Source: Vicugna vicugna | Taxonomy: Eukaryota | Length of the DNA: 62,000 bases | Reading direction: 5' to 3' | Assembly: GCA_013265495.1 (NCBI GenBank) | Contig: MU058252.1 | Location: 248,001-310,000, forward strand | In this document: piece by piece, positions 30,600 through 59,040 of the stretch | Layout of the letters: each line of letters begins with the position of its first letter | Numbering within the stretch: position 1 is the first letter of the stretch | Position numbers and translations under genes: made by a program | The notes under the pieces: model-generated | The model's database searches: none | What the model saw: only the letters and a program-made list of their open reading frames with translations | Told to the model about the DNA's origin: nothing

Positions 30600-31292
30600 A
30601 TGGCAGCTTCCTGCTCTTTTGTGTCCCCCACTTGAGTCACAGGGGGTGGGGGTTCCAGGAAATTGGAGCTGGGGGGGAAAGGGATACCCTAATGCCAGAC
30701 CCAAGGGCAAAGGGTCACTGCATCCTTGCTGGGCCCATATCCTCAAGAATCCGAAAGGACTCGAAGGTCCAGGAGCACCTAGATGTAGGGGGGTGGTGAA
30801 GGAGAGTACGAGGGTGACCCTAGAGGTCCCTGGTGTCACTAAGAGTCTGGGAATCATTGCCTGCAACTGACAGAGGGCTCACCTGCTGCCTGACCCCTCA
30901 GGGCAAGGCCAGCGTGGGTGAGGTGGAAGGCCTCTCCGCTGGTCGGCACCACAGAGGGCTCTTTCTGCTGCTCGGGCTGCTCCACCCCACCATTTTCCTG
31001 GGCCCCAGGGCTCTGCCAGACACCTGGGTTCCCACTTGTCATCCCTCGTTCTCAGAACGGAACCCAGGCGTCCGGCCCCCCCACCCTCTGGGCCTGCGGG
31101 CGGGGAGCCGAGACTTTAGAGCCTCCCAGCCGGCCTTGTTCCTGTCCCATTGTGTGTGGGACAGGGGCGGGGCGAGGGCCAGCAGCGGAGAGCCCCCTCC
31201 CACTGCCCCCTCCCCTTCCTAAGGAAAAGGCTGAGGCTCGGCTGGGAGCCGCACAGCAGACGCGAGGCCCAAGACGCCAGGCCGAAGCCAAC
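30600..31292 (+). promoter_or_regulatory. NOS3 TATA-less proximal promoter
   Basis: AP-1 TGAGTCA at 30633-30639 with an adjacent CACCC/KLF box; PRD II-like block agcctcccagccggccttgttcctgtcccattgtg (~31120-31154); Sp1 site ggggcggggc at 31164-31173 (PRD I); inverted Ets pair ttcctaaggaa at 31216-31226. Confidence 0.8.
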
Positions 31293-48915
<17,623 letters not shown>

Positions 48916-49075
48916 TAACCCAGGTCTGAGTAAATCTGGAAGGCCCCTCCCAGCAGTGGTGTTCCTGAGCCTACTGTCAGCCCTTTAGTGTTGATTAGGT
49001 GAATTTTAGATTCCCCTCATCTCTTTCAGGAAGGAGTATCTTATCTTGAAACCTGATCTCTAAATCATTCAAATA

Positions 49076-49081
49076 TTTATT
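49076..49081 (-). terminator. Candidate ATG9B polyadenylation signal AATAAA
   Basis: tttatt on plus = AATAAA on minus, about 1 kb downstream of the ATG9B stop and within the NOS3 3'UTR region. Confidence 0.55.
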
Positions 49082-50068
49082 ACTGAAGATTCACCATAAG
49101 AGACTGGACCAGAAGTTATGAGAGCTACTAAGATGTGTGACCCAGCACTGTCAATTACAGTTACAGAATGACAAGCTTTGTCTTTTAACTTCTGCAGTGA
49201 GAGGGAGGTGGAGGGGGTAATTCTTTGACTGGGAGTCCTGCCCTACACACTCCTCTCTGACCCAGCCCTCTAAAAACATGGTTTCCAGCCAATTACGGGC
49301 AATTCTGTTGTGTCGCTCCTTTGATCTTGACTGAGAAGCAGATGCAGCCCTCAGCTACCAGGAGTGGGGATTCCAGGCACTAAGGTCACAAACATGTGCA
49401 CAGCCAGGAGTAACCTTTACTGCTTGTTTCAGACAGGATGAGAAACCACACCCACTTCCTCAGGCGTCACACCAAGGCTGAACTCCAAAAACAGCAGGCC
49501 TCCCTAGAGGCTTTCCACTCACCCACCCCCATCGCCCTCCACGAGTCCCAGGGGAACCTGAAGGCCAGGCGAGCTTGAAGAACCTACTGCCTTTCAGATC
49601 CAGTCCCTCATTGCTCCCTTCTGTGTAGCTTGGCCTCCACCTTGGCCCAGCCCTCCATGTTGAGGTCACTCGGGAACTTCTTCCCAGGCAACCACTCCAG
49701 GACAAATAGTTGTCCCCTTTGCCCCTCCATGTGGGCTCTAACATGTGTTTCCAGCTGCCTTGGGCATCTCCTCTCCTACCCTTTCTCTGCTCTCTGGGGC
49801 CAGGGCGTCACTGACTCCAAGTCCTGCCCAAATCCCCAACTAAAGCGTCCATGGGGGTCTTTAAGGGGGGCTTGGCACATCCTTCCACTCCACTTCGTCT
49901 GATCTCCTGGGGCTGGAGAAGCCAGGAAACCTGGAGAAGGAGAAAGCTCTTTGCAAACAGTCCAGGGGTTTGGGTTCCCGGGATTCCCATCCCTCCAAGT
50001 CTGACTCCACCCGATTCCCTACTCATTCCCTCATGCCAGTTAGGTAATACTGACCTTAAGGAGCCCTC

Positions 50069-50196
50069 TCAGTCAATGCTAGGGGCCTGGCTAGGTTCCT
50101 TCTGCGTGTCTGTGGGCTCCTGAAACCCTCCAGGGAACAGATTCTGGGCCCTCTGGGTTCTCCACTGCTGTCTGGGGCTGGAGGCGGGACTGGAGC
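50069..50196 (-). CDS. ATG9B: ATG9B coding exon 13 (contains the stop)
   Basis: GSSPASSPRQQWRTQRAQNLFPGGFQEPTDTQKEPSQAPSID*. Confidence 0.93.
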
Positions 50197-53100
50197 CTGA
50201 TGAGAAATCCATCAGCTGGGCAGTGCCATGATGCCTGCTGCTCACCCAGAGTCTGTCCCCTGCACACCCCGACCACCTCACCATCACTCGACCAGGAAGG
50301 CTTCTCCTCATCCGGCGAGAGAGTCTGTGGGGGGCTGGACCAGGGCCTGGACAGGGAGGAGGCTGAAGCCTCCCCCCACAGTTCTTGCTGCTGCTGCTGC
50401 TGCTGATGGAGCTAAAAGGAAGGGAGAAGAATGAGGGGTTCCCTTCTGCCCAGCAGCGTGAGGCCCAGCCCCTAGGCTACGTACAGAGGGTGCTGAAACC
50501 TCCTACCCAGCTCCTGTTGGATAATTTCTTACACTCCAGCCCCCTCCACAGTCTCCATTTGTTTTGAGGCTTTCTCCCCATCTATCTCGCATCCCTCTAC
50601 TCACCTGGTATAGGTAGATGGCATGGAGACTCATCTCAGCAGATGCAAGTTCTGGGAGCTGGGCCAGCTTCTGGCCCCCAGTGCCTCCTGGGGACACACA
50701 GCTGAAACAGAAGGTGCAATAGATCAGAAAGACATGCCCTTTCCCCCCTGCACTCCACAAGGAACGTCAGGCTTTATCTCCTCGTCCTGCTCAGCCCCCC
50801 AGTACCCCTGCATTGGTCAGCCCCACCACCCCTGACCCCTGCATCTCAAGTCCCCACCCCTCACCTTGAGTCCTGGGCAATTCGGGAAATGGAGGCCAGG
50901 AGGCTGGCTGTGGCTGCAGCTGGGCAAGGGGCTGTGGGGCTCAGGTCCTGTGGGGGCAGGAGGGGCTGCACCAAGAGGTTGGCCAGGAAGGTCTCCGGCT
51001 GGGAGCAAGAGAAGAGAGGGTCAGAAGAGAGGACAGAAGGGGAGGGAGGAGGGCTAAGTAAGGTGGGAGAGCAGGCTGAACGAGTGAGTAGGTTAATGCA
51101 AAAGGTGAGGCTGAGGGAGGAGAGAGGAGGGGAGGGGAGAGGAGGGGGCAGGGTGTGAAGGTGGAAGGGCAAACCAAGCTTCAACTCACCAGAGGTGAGG
51201 AAGAGTTGCTGAGGACCCCGGGGGTGGGGGGACTGCGAACGGAGTTGGCGCCCCAGGTGGCTGCATCTTGTTGTACCCGGCCTCGAAGGTGCCCTAGGAA
51301 CTTGGAGCTGTGGCCTGGGGGGCGCCATTGTGGATGAACCAGGGAGAACCTCATCAAGGACAGTTCAGTCTTCCCATCCTCGGCACGCTGAGATAGTGAG
51401 GCCTCTGTCTGTCCCTCCGAGAGCCACTGAAAGCAACGACAATCCTTCAAGTGCCGCGAACACTGCTTGTATACCTGCAGTGGGTGCCTCGTGGGGTGGG
51501 CAGGATGGAAGACAATAGCCCCATTTTCCAGGTGAAAGGATGGAGGTCACAATGGGGACTTGCTCAAGATCACCCAAAAACACAGCAGCAGAGCAGAACT
51601 TGGGTCCAGATCCAGCACTGGGATGTAGGCTCAATGTTCTGCCAGCAGGTGCACACTGGATGCCAGGGCCTGCCTTACAGCTTTGGTCAGGAAACCCATC
51701 CTTACTCCAGCCCCATCCACTGATCAACCTGTTTTCCAGCCATTCTAGCGGTCTTGGCTCCCATTTACTGGTGTCAGGATGTGCTGGAACTCTGTTAGGG
51801 CTTTATACACGTCATCTCATGTAATCCTCATGATAGCCCTGCACGTCGGTCACTGTCCTCGTTTGACAAACGAGGGCATTAGGTACAGGGAAGTGAGGTG
51901 ATTAGCTCAAGGTCACAGGTGGCAAGCCATGGAGCTGGGGGTGGAACCCAGCTCTGCTTTGAGTGAGGCAAGCAAACTCCTACCTAACCACAACCCGGCA
52001 CAGCCAGGGAAAGGCTCTAACCTGAGGGTGGCCGTGGCGCTTCACATCCATAAGGGCAAAGGAACAGATGTCTCCAACCCCGGCCACATCCACAGTGAAG
52101 TGATGAAAAAAGTCAATAATCTCCAAGGCGCGAGGGCGGAACCAGAAGAGCAGAAACAGTGGGGTGAGGAGAGGGGACAGGAGCTCCTCCGTGAGGGAGA
52201 CCTGGAGAAGCAGGGGCGAGGCTGAGAAGGGGTTGCTGAGGGCAACCACACTAGCCAGGCAGGAAACCTCCAACTCCGTCATTCCGTCTTTCCCAGACTC
52301 CCGGGATAGCCAGCCCTGAGCCCGTTTGTCCCCGCCCTCTCCCAGACCTCGAGGTTTACACAGCCTCCTCGGCAGCCCCATTTCAGCCTGGACCCTCACC
52401 GCTCGGTACTGCAACAGCCGCGCCATCTGCCGGTAAGCGCTGGCCTTGCCGGCAGGGCCGGTCTCCTCCGGCAGGTAGTGCATGTGGGCCAAGGCCGCCT
52501 GCAGCAGGAGCTGCGGTGAACGACTTTGGGCCTGCTCATCCGGAATGAAAGACCTAGAGGGCGGCATCGGGGTGGAGAAGGGGCCGGCGAGTAAAGAGGA
52601 TGTGCGGGTGGGATGCATTAGCGGTGGGAGGGGTAGAGATTCGCGAGAGGTTCAGCCCCAGGCCGGAAGAACGCCCCCCTCCCTGGGCATCTCCCACCAC
52701 ACCTGGCCACGGTGGCCAGGATCCCGAGGGCAGTCATGGCAGTGAGCACGTGCTCCACGGCGAGCACATCCTCGTCGTAGACGGTGAGCACCAGCAACGC
52801 GGCGAAGAGCGCGCCGGCGAAGAAGACGAGCTGGCGGGCCAGCAGCGCGAGCAGGGGCGCGGGGGGCGCGGCGGCGCGCAAGAAGGCGGCGGCGGGGCGG
52901 TAGGCGCGGGCCAGGCGCGCGCGCAGCTCGTGCGGCAGCTCGTTGAAGTGGCGCAGCTGCAGGCGGGCCAGGCGGGACCAGCGGCGCGTGCCCAGCGCGC
53001 CCGGCTCGCGCCGCAGCAGCTCGGCGTGGCTGTAGAAGGCGTGCAGCACCTGCCAGGCCAGCACCAGAGGGCTCAGCGCCAGGTTCACGACGGCCAGCAG

Positions 53101-56100
53101 CAGCACCGAGCGCCGCCAGCGCGCGGCCAGGGCGGCCCGCTGGTCGCTGCGCTTGTAGGCGTCGGGCAGCTCCCAGCCGCCGCGGAAGAGCGAGAAGGGC
53201 CCGCGGAAGAGGAGCAGGTCGACGTTGAGCGCCAGGCCGCGGCTGAGGAAGGCCACGCTGCCTCCCCAGGGCAGCGCGCAGCGGGCCGGCAGCAGGCCCT
53301 TGTTGGCCAGCGCCACCTGGTAGTTGGTGTAGCGCAGGATGCGATGGTGGACGTCCAGCTCCGTCAGCGGCCTCGGCTGCACGCACAGGCCCCCGCTCCT
53401 CTGCAGCGCCAGGAGGCGGGACTGCACCTCTGCCCAGGACACTGAGCCGAGCTCCCCCTGAGGAGAGGGGACGGCTGAGAGCCAGCGACCTGGATTCCTC
53501 TCCACAGTGGTGCCCACACTCACCGTGACCAGAGTCCCTGAGTGTCCTCCCGTGCCCACCACTCTCACCCAGTGTCCCTCAGGCATGACACCTGTCACCT
53601 TCCGCTCTCTGCCTTCTCGCCCTCCCTTTACCTTGTCTCTAACAAGGGGAACCCTTGCTTCCTCTCACCTGCTTCTGAATTGTGTTCCTCACGCCCCTGC
53701 CACTCCTGAGGCCATGAGCCCTGTGCTTCCCAGGGACACCTCCTAAGCTAAACTCTACGCCTATCTGAGCTCAGCTCCTTAAGAGCAGATTTTCCTGAGC
53801 ACCCCTACCACACACACAAACACAGAGCCCTACATGTAGAAGGCACATCCCAGCTGCAGGTAACAGGGAAATCCCTCTTCCCCGTTCCTAGGGTACCCAC
53901 CAACCCAGAAGCCTCACCACTTTTTACCTCAGCCTGCTTTGAGAATCCCAGCCCCATCCCATTCTGTCAGATTAACCTTCCTAAGACAATGGCCACATCT
54001 GGCCATGGAGGTGAGGGCTGTCAGATCTCACTCCGATCTCATCTGCAAACCTCATTTTAGCCCAGTTTCACCCAGCTTCCCCAGTCCAGCTTAGTCAAGT
54101 CCCTCCAGGCCAGCCTCTCCAGTCCATCCCAGGGTCTCCCCTTCCCCTGGAAGGAATAGGGGCAATGAGGAAAGAAGGAAGGAGAAAGAAGGGTCAGCTG
54201 ATTCCCAGCGGAGCAGCGGTCCAGCTCCTGATCTTCCCTGCCTCCACCCCTGCCCCCGTGACTCTTCCCTGTGCTATGGTTTGTGCTCTCCTACTCAAAG
54301 GGGCTTTCTGAAACCTCTCCCTTTTGCTGTACAGGAGAGCTGTGCAGAAGGTTCTGCACTTCTGAGGGGAGAAGGTAGCCTCTGTGCTTTGCCTTAAGGA
54401 AAGAATTTGGGTACAGAGCCAGAAGGAGTGTGAGCAAGGCAGGGAGGAGAGAAAGAGGAAAGCGTGACCAGGGACAGTGAAGGGGCCTGTGAAGTGGCTT
54501 CCTGCAATCAGGGGGAAGGCCAGAAAGGGAGGCAGGATTACCCACTGGGGACTGGAACTCTCAGATGCAGGCTGGTGGGTCAGTCTCCTCACTGCTGCCC
54601 ACAGAGTTCAGTGTTTCCCCCTCCCTGCCCAAGGCTTGGAATGCGTCCCCACCTCCTACCCTTCCCAGCCCCATCCCAATCCCCCCTGCCCTGTAAAGCC
54701 AGATGACTGCCCTTCCTCTAAATACCCACTGCCTGAACCACAAGCACGTGACCATACATCTTCTATAATCATCTAAATCAACTAAGCTCCACCACAGTAA
54801 GGGCCTTGTGTTACAAGTGGTAACCCACCTCCTAATAATATTCTGGGCCAAGGGTAGGGGTCAGTAAGTCCTTCTGCCCTTTTTCCAGTAGGTCCTTCTG
54901 TCTCTGCAGCCCCTCACTCCTCCCCATCCTCTTCCCCTCTGACGTTGTACCGCTCCTCAGACATGCTCACCCAACTCACCGGGGGAATGTGGAGGGCTTC
55001 CCTGTAAAACACTTGGATGTCCCAGTAGCTGAAGAGGTTGCAGACAGAGCGAAGCAGCTGGAACAGCCAGAAGGCAGTAGCCAGGATCAGAAGGAAGACC
55101 AGCAGAGAGCTGGAGTGGATCCTGTGTCGGGTGGGACAGACAGGAAGTAGGGGCCCGGTAGCAAGGGAGACCAGACTTGGGGAGCGATGGGGGTCATTGA
55201 GAGGGGACCCAGCCAGGCCGGTCGTTCTCAAAGTGTGGGCCCTGGGGCTCCCCAGACCCTCGCAAGTATCTACAAGGTCAAAACTTTTCAGATATTAAGG
55301 TTTTCTGCCATTTTAATTTTCATTCTCTCAAGAATATACAGAGGACTTTTCCAGAGGCTACACGACATCACATTCACAGTCAATGGAATGTGTGCTTGGA
55401 CATTTTCAGGTTTTAAAGCTGTTCTCAGCTTGAATCTCAAATAAGGTAAATAGAGATAGATTTGATTCTAATAAGCAAAATCTCTTGGGAGTTGAGTTCT
55501 CAACTAATTTTAAGTGTATTAAAGGTGTCCCAAGACCAAAAACTTGGAGAACAGCTGGTCTAGACCAAAAGACACAAGCATCTGCTAGTCCCCTCCATCA
55601 CCTCCCCCAGCGGCTGTCACTCACCGCTGGGCACACTGGGATGAGGGTAGGATGGCATCCGACAAGGTCACTTTGCTGTGGAGCAGCCCAGGTCTTGTGC
55701 GGTTATTTGGTTGGTTGGCAAAGAGAACATTGTAATCCACGCAGCGAAGGAGGAAGGTGGTGAAGGTGACGATGAAAATGAATTGTCTGGGACGGCAAGG
55801 AGTGCAGTGGTCAGGCCCAAGGGCCAGTGGGCTCCAGCCCCAGCCTCCAGACTGGCCTGGTTAACCCAACCTGCTGAGCCCTGGGGCTGCCTGGGGAGGC
55901 AGTCGGGGAACTAGAAGCAGCAGGCGCTACTGAGGAAATGAGAGGAAGAGTTTGGGGCCAGGGACAAGCATCTCACCCCAGCTGGAAGACATCCTCCAGC
56001 AGGATACAGGCAAAGCCGCTCCTCTGGTGGTAGCTGTAGATGTGGCTGCCCGTCAAGAAATAAGCCTGAGGTGTGATGATGGGCCTTTCCTGAGGACGCC

Positions 56101-56924
56101 TCCCCCTCCCTCCCCCAAGTCCCCAACCCACTGCACCCCTGGCTCCCTGCCTCCAGTGCCACTGCTGCCAGGCCAAGCACAAAAGGATATCTTGGTGAAG
56201 AAGCTGTCCAGGTTCTGGATATGGTGCCAGGAGCCTGGGCACAGAGGGAAGAGCATGGGGACTCGGCTCTCACCGGGACAATTCTCCATGTCCTCAAGCT
56301 ACTGCCAGAGGCCTAGTCCTGAGGAAACTCTGGAGCCCCCAGACCCTCCCCAGCCCCCGCCACTACCCACTCACCTCGGAGTCCTTCAGGTACATGAAGC
56401 AGGGGCTGCTGCTCCTCCCCGTGGAGGGGTGAATCTTGGGACCCCTCAGGGTCACAGTCCTCCAGCCGCTCATAATCCTGCTCAGGGATCAGAGGGCCTA
56501 TCCGAAGCCCAGGAGGGTCCTGGGGGCACCGGCATGGGGGAGGGGGAGTCACCGAGGCCAAGGGTGGGGCAGAGTGGGAACCCCAGGAGGGGGGTACAGA
56601 GATGGGTGTCATCGCAGGCCTGGCCTGCATTGTGGGGGTGGCTGGGGTGGAGATGGCACTATGGTGAGGCTGAGAAGCCCCTGACACCTGCACCGCTGGG
56701 CAGGGGGGCCCCAGGGCTGAAGGAGGAGCCGAGGACGGGGCACTTCTTGTGTGAGGGGCAGGGGACAGAGAGAAGATGGAGACCCTCCCTCCCCCAGGCC
56801 CCCGACTTGGAGGAGGAGGAAGAGGAGGCAGTGGCATGGGGAGGAGGGGCACTGATCCAGGCCCCAGGTCTCCCCACCCCCCCAACCGCCCCCTGGTCCC
56901 CCCCCAACCCATTCGCCTCACCAT
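50069..56924 (-). CDS. ATG9B: Autophagy-related protein 9B (lipid scramblase), complete CDS, 13 coding exons, 925 aa
   Basis: complement(join 56924-56375,56234-56191,56041-55977,55786-55625,55121-54980,53457-52703,52553-52400,52201-52022,51426-51190,50998-50865,50701-50605,50411-50282,50196-50069) = 2778 nt, phases consistent. Motifs QDYERLEDCD, WHHIQNLDSFFTKIYSYHQ, RILRYTNY, LRHFNELPHEL, GDICSFA. Confidence 0.97.
50282..50411 (-). CDS. ATG9B: ATG9B coding exon 12
   Basis: LHQQQQQQQELWGEASASSLSRPWSSPPQTLSPDEEKPSWSSD. Confidence 0.93.
50605..50701 (-). CDS. ATG9B: ATG9B coding exon 11
   Basis: CVSPGGTGGQKLAQLPELASAEMSLHAIYLYQ. Confidence 0.94.
50865..50998 (-). CDS. ATG9B: ATG9B coding exon 10
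   Basis: PETFLANLLVQPLLPPQDLSPTAPCPAAATASLLASISRIAQDS. Confidence 0.94.
51190..51426 (-). CDS. ATG9B: ATG9B coding exon 9
   Basis: WLSEGQTEASLSQRAEDGKTELSLMRFSLVHPQWRPP...VLSNSSSPL. Confidence 0.95.
52022..52201 (-). CDS. ATG9B: ATG9B coding exon 8
   Basis: VSLTEELLSPLLTPLFLLFWFRPRALEIIDFFHHFTVDVAGVGDICSFALMDVKRHGHPQ. Confidence 0.95.
52400..52553 (-). CDS. ATG9B: ATG9B coding exon 7
   Basis: SFIPDEQAQSRSPQLLLQAALAHMHYLP...QMARLLQYRA. Confidence 0.95.
52703..53457 (-). CDS. ATG9B: ATG9B coding exon 6 (755 nt, CpG-rich)
   Basis: GELGSVSWAEVQSRLLALQ...EHVLTAMTALGILATVAR. Confidence 0.96.
54980..55121 (-). CDS. ATG9B: ATG9B coding exon 5
   Basis: IHSSSLLVFLLILATAFWLFQLLRSVCNLFSYWDIQVFYREALHIPP. 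Confidence 0.95.
55219..55557. mobile_element. hAT-Charlie-like non-autonomous DNA transposon in ATG9B intron 4
   Basis: Imperfect TIRs cggtcgttctcaaagt / acttggagaacagctg; right flank gtctagac matches the Charlie target consensus. Confidence 0.6.
55625..55786 (-). CDS. ATG9B: ATG9B coding exon 4
   Basis: QFIFIVTFTTFLLRCVDYNVLFANQPNNRTRPGLLHSKVTLSDAILPSSQCAQR. Confidence 0.95.
55977..56041 (-). CDS. ATG9B: ATG9B coding exon 3
   Basis: ac|ATC; IYSYHQRSGFACILLEDVFQLG. Confidence 0.94.
56042..56190 (-). other. U12-type (minor spliceosome) AT-AC intron, ATG9B intron 2
   Basis: Donor ATATCCTTTT; branch site TTTCTTGAC at 56060-56052; terminal AC. These boundaries are needed to keep the FFTK|IYSY frame. 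Confidence 0.93.
56191..56234 (-). CDS. ATG9B: ATG9B coding exon 2
   Basis: GSWHHIQNLDSFFTK, followed by U12 donor ATATCCTTT. Confidence 0.94.
56375..56924 (-). CDS. ATG9B: ATG9B coding exon 1
   Basis: MVRRMGWGG...PEQDYERLEDCDPEGSQDSPLHGEEQQPLLHVPEGLR; donor G|gtgagt. Confidence 0.94.
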
Positions 56925-57221
56925 CAGGCCAGCGGCTTCTCCTGAAAGCCTGGAAGGATGGGAGATGCTGCAGTTCCCGCCGAGGTCTGGCTGAGCAGGG
57001 ACTTCAACAAGGCCAGTGACAACAACAGCCTGGTGACTCAGGTGGGGCAGGCCTCAGGCGTCCCACACTCCCCTCACCATCAGGCCAGCGGCTTCTCCTG
57101 AAAGCCTGGAAGGATGGGAGATGCTGCAGTTCCCGCCGAGGTCTGGCTGAGCAGGGACTTCAACAAGGCCAGTGACAACAACAGCCTGGTGACTCAGGTG
57201 GGGCAGGCCTCAGGCGTCCCA
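56916..57221. repeat. Perfect 150-bp tandem duplication (period 156)
   Basis: 56916-57065 is identical to 57072-57221; spacer cactcc. Confidence 0.95.
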
Positions 57222-58880
57222 ACTCGTAGTCACCTGTCTGACCACTCACACCTCTTCCAGGGCAACCTGCAGCCAAACCTCTTAGGGCCCCACCTCTAGC
57301 CTGGCAGGGACAGCAGCTGGGGAGGCAGGAGCTGAAGAACAGCAGATCGAAGGAGATCCCTGCTGTTCCATCTTCAGACTCCCAGTGGATTTCAGGGGAG
57401 GCCAGAGGGCAGCCGCCAATAACAAAAGCAAAGAGAATCCTATTAAGGACTATAGGACTCTGGGGTCAAGATAGTAAATCTTTGATTTCTTAAAACCTTA
57501 TCTCTCCTCCCTGCATATACACACACAGAGTGATCAACAGAGAAATGCTTTAAGACAAAAAACAGTAAGAAAGAAAAAAAAAGACAAGAAAGGCTGTATG
57601 TTTTGTGTGTGTGACAGTACTAAGGAAGGGAAAAGGGGGAGACTGCCTGACTTTGCAACCAGGTTGGGGGAAACTAAGGAGAGTAAAATAGGAGAGGTAA
57701 TTATCTTGGATGTGAGATGGTTCTGGAAGCTTACAGTAGAAAAGTGGGGCTTCTTGGATGCGCCGCTATGTTTACTTGTTTACTTATTTATCCTCTTGAA
57801 ACCCTCTCCCCTAAATCCTGATCCAGTTTCTGGGGCCTTCTGAGAAGCATCAGGGTTGATGGCAGAGGGCAGCTGAGGGCATGGAATTTGGAAGGATAAT
57901 TTCGGTGCCCCATGAATGAACTGACTGAGTTGACTTCCTTGTTGTCACCTCAACGAGGAGGCGGAGGCCCAGGCAACTGGTTTGGTGGCTTGTCCAACGC
58001 CATTCTTGAGTCCCTGAATCATCAGGCTACCTACTGAAGGCCATTCCAGAGGTGCTGACTCAGCCACCCAGGTGTCAGAGCCACCAGGGCTTAGGCTCCA
58101 GGGCTGCTGTAGAGACCAGTATGCAGGAACCGGAGAGAGAGGAACAGAACATTTCCCATGTTGTCCACCAGAGGAACTTAGAGGCAGTCGAGGAATTGCT
58201 CACAAAATTTGAGTCCAGGTACACCTATTTTTTCCTTGCGCCTCCTTCCTGTGAGGGGCATTGTCACAGTAGCTCAGGACTTGCATAGTTTTATCCCCTA
58301 GCAGGAGGCTGAACTATAAAAACAGGATTCCTAGTGCCCAAAATGGAATCCCACACTGCAGAGGGGCTAGGAAATTTCCATGATCTCTCTGAGATGTCTG
58401 TCAAGATGGGTTACAAGGGGTTTCCTCTGGTCTTTTCCCAACCTCATTCACCCTGAGATACTCCACCATACTCACTTTAGGACTCTCCTATATCCCTCCG
58501 CACCCAGCTCAACCTCAGACTAATCCTGGCACATTTTCCTACCGAGTTTCACTCCAGATTCATCAATGGACAGCCTTCCTACCACCACCCCCAATTCAAG
58601 TCCGTTTATTATAAAGGAGACTTTTCCCTGCCAGGCATTTGGAGGGGAAGGAGGAGACGGATGAATGAGACAGAGCCACTACCCAAAAGGAAGTCACAGC
58701 CCAGTGAGGGAGACAGCTATGCAAACAAATCATTACACATAAGAAATAAATAAGCACACAAAGGTACAAGAGTTGTGCTTTGGCAGCCTCAGGCAAGCGA
58801 GCCTGATATACCGTGAGGAAGGCATCTGCTGGGGAGACGGAACAGAGGCCGTGCGGTGATAAGCTACAGTGCCTCCACAC

Positions 58881-59040
58881 CAGTGGTTCTAAACCATTGC
58901 GTAGGGAGAAGCGTATCAGAATCACCAGAGGAGTTCTTTTCCAAGTATAAGTGACTGTCGTCCCCGGAGCTCTGATTCGCCCGGGGAGGAGTGTGATGAG
59001 CAAAGTGCACTTATTTTGAAAAAACGCTCCAGACGATTTT
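58881..59040. mobile_element. MER5-like hAT DNA transposon remnant
   Basis: cagtggttctaaac...tcagaatcacc...ctgattc...ctccag..gatt. Confidence 0.5.

Noticed and set aside
52600..53445. 281-aa plus ORF and 244-aa alternative-frame minus ORF over ATG9B exon 6
   Set aside because: Stop-poor frames caused by very high GC3 in the true exon
55952..57019. 355-aa plus-strand ORF antisense to ATG9B exons 1-3
   Set aside because: Starts at TTG; no recognisable domain; explained by GC-rich antisense shadow of a real CDS
56916..57221. Duplication as a source of a 52-aa N-terminal ATG9B extension
   Set aside because: The period is a multiple of 3, but an in-frame TGA at 57056-57054 closes the frame after 8 codons
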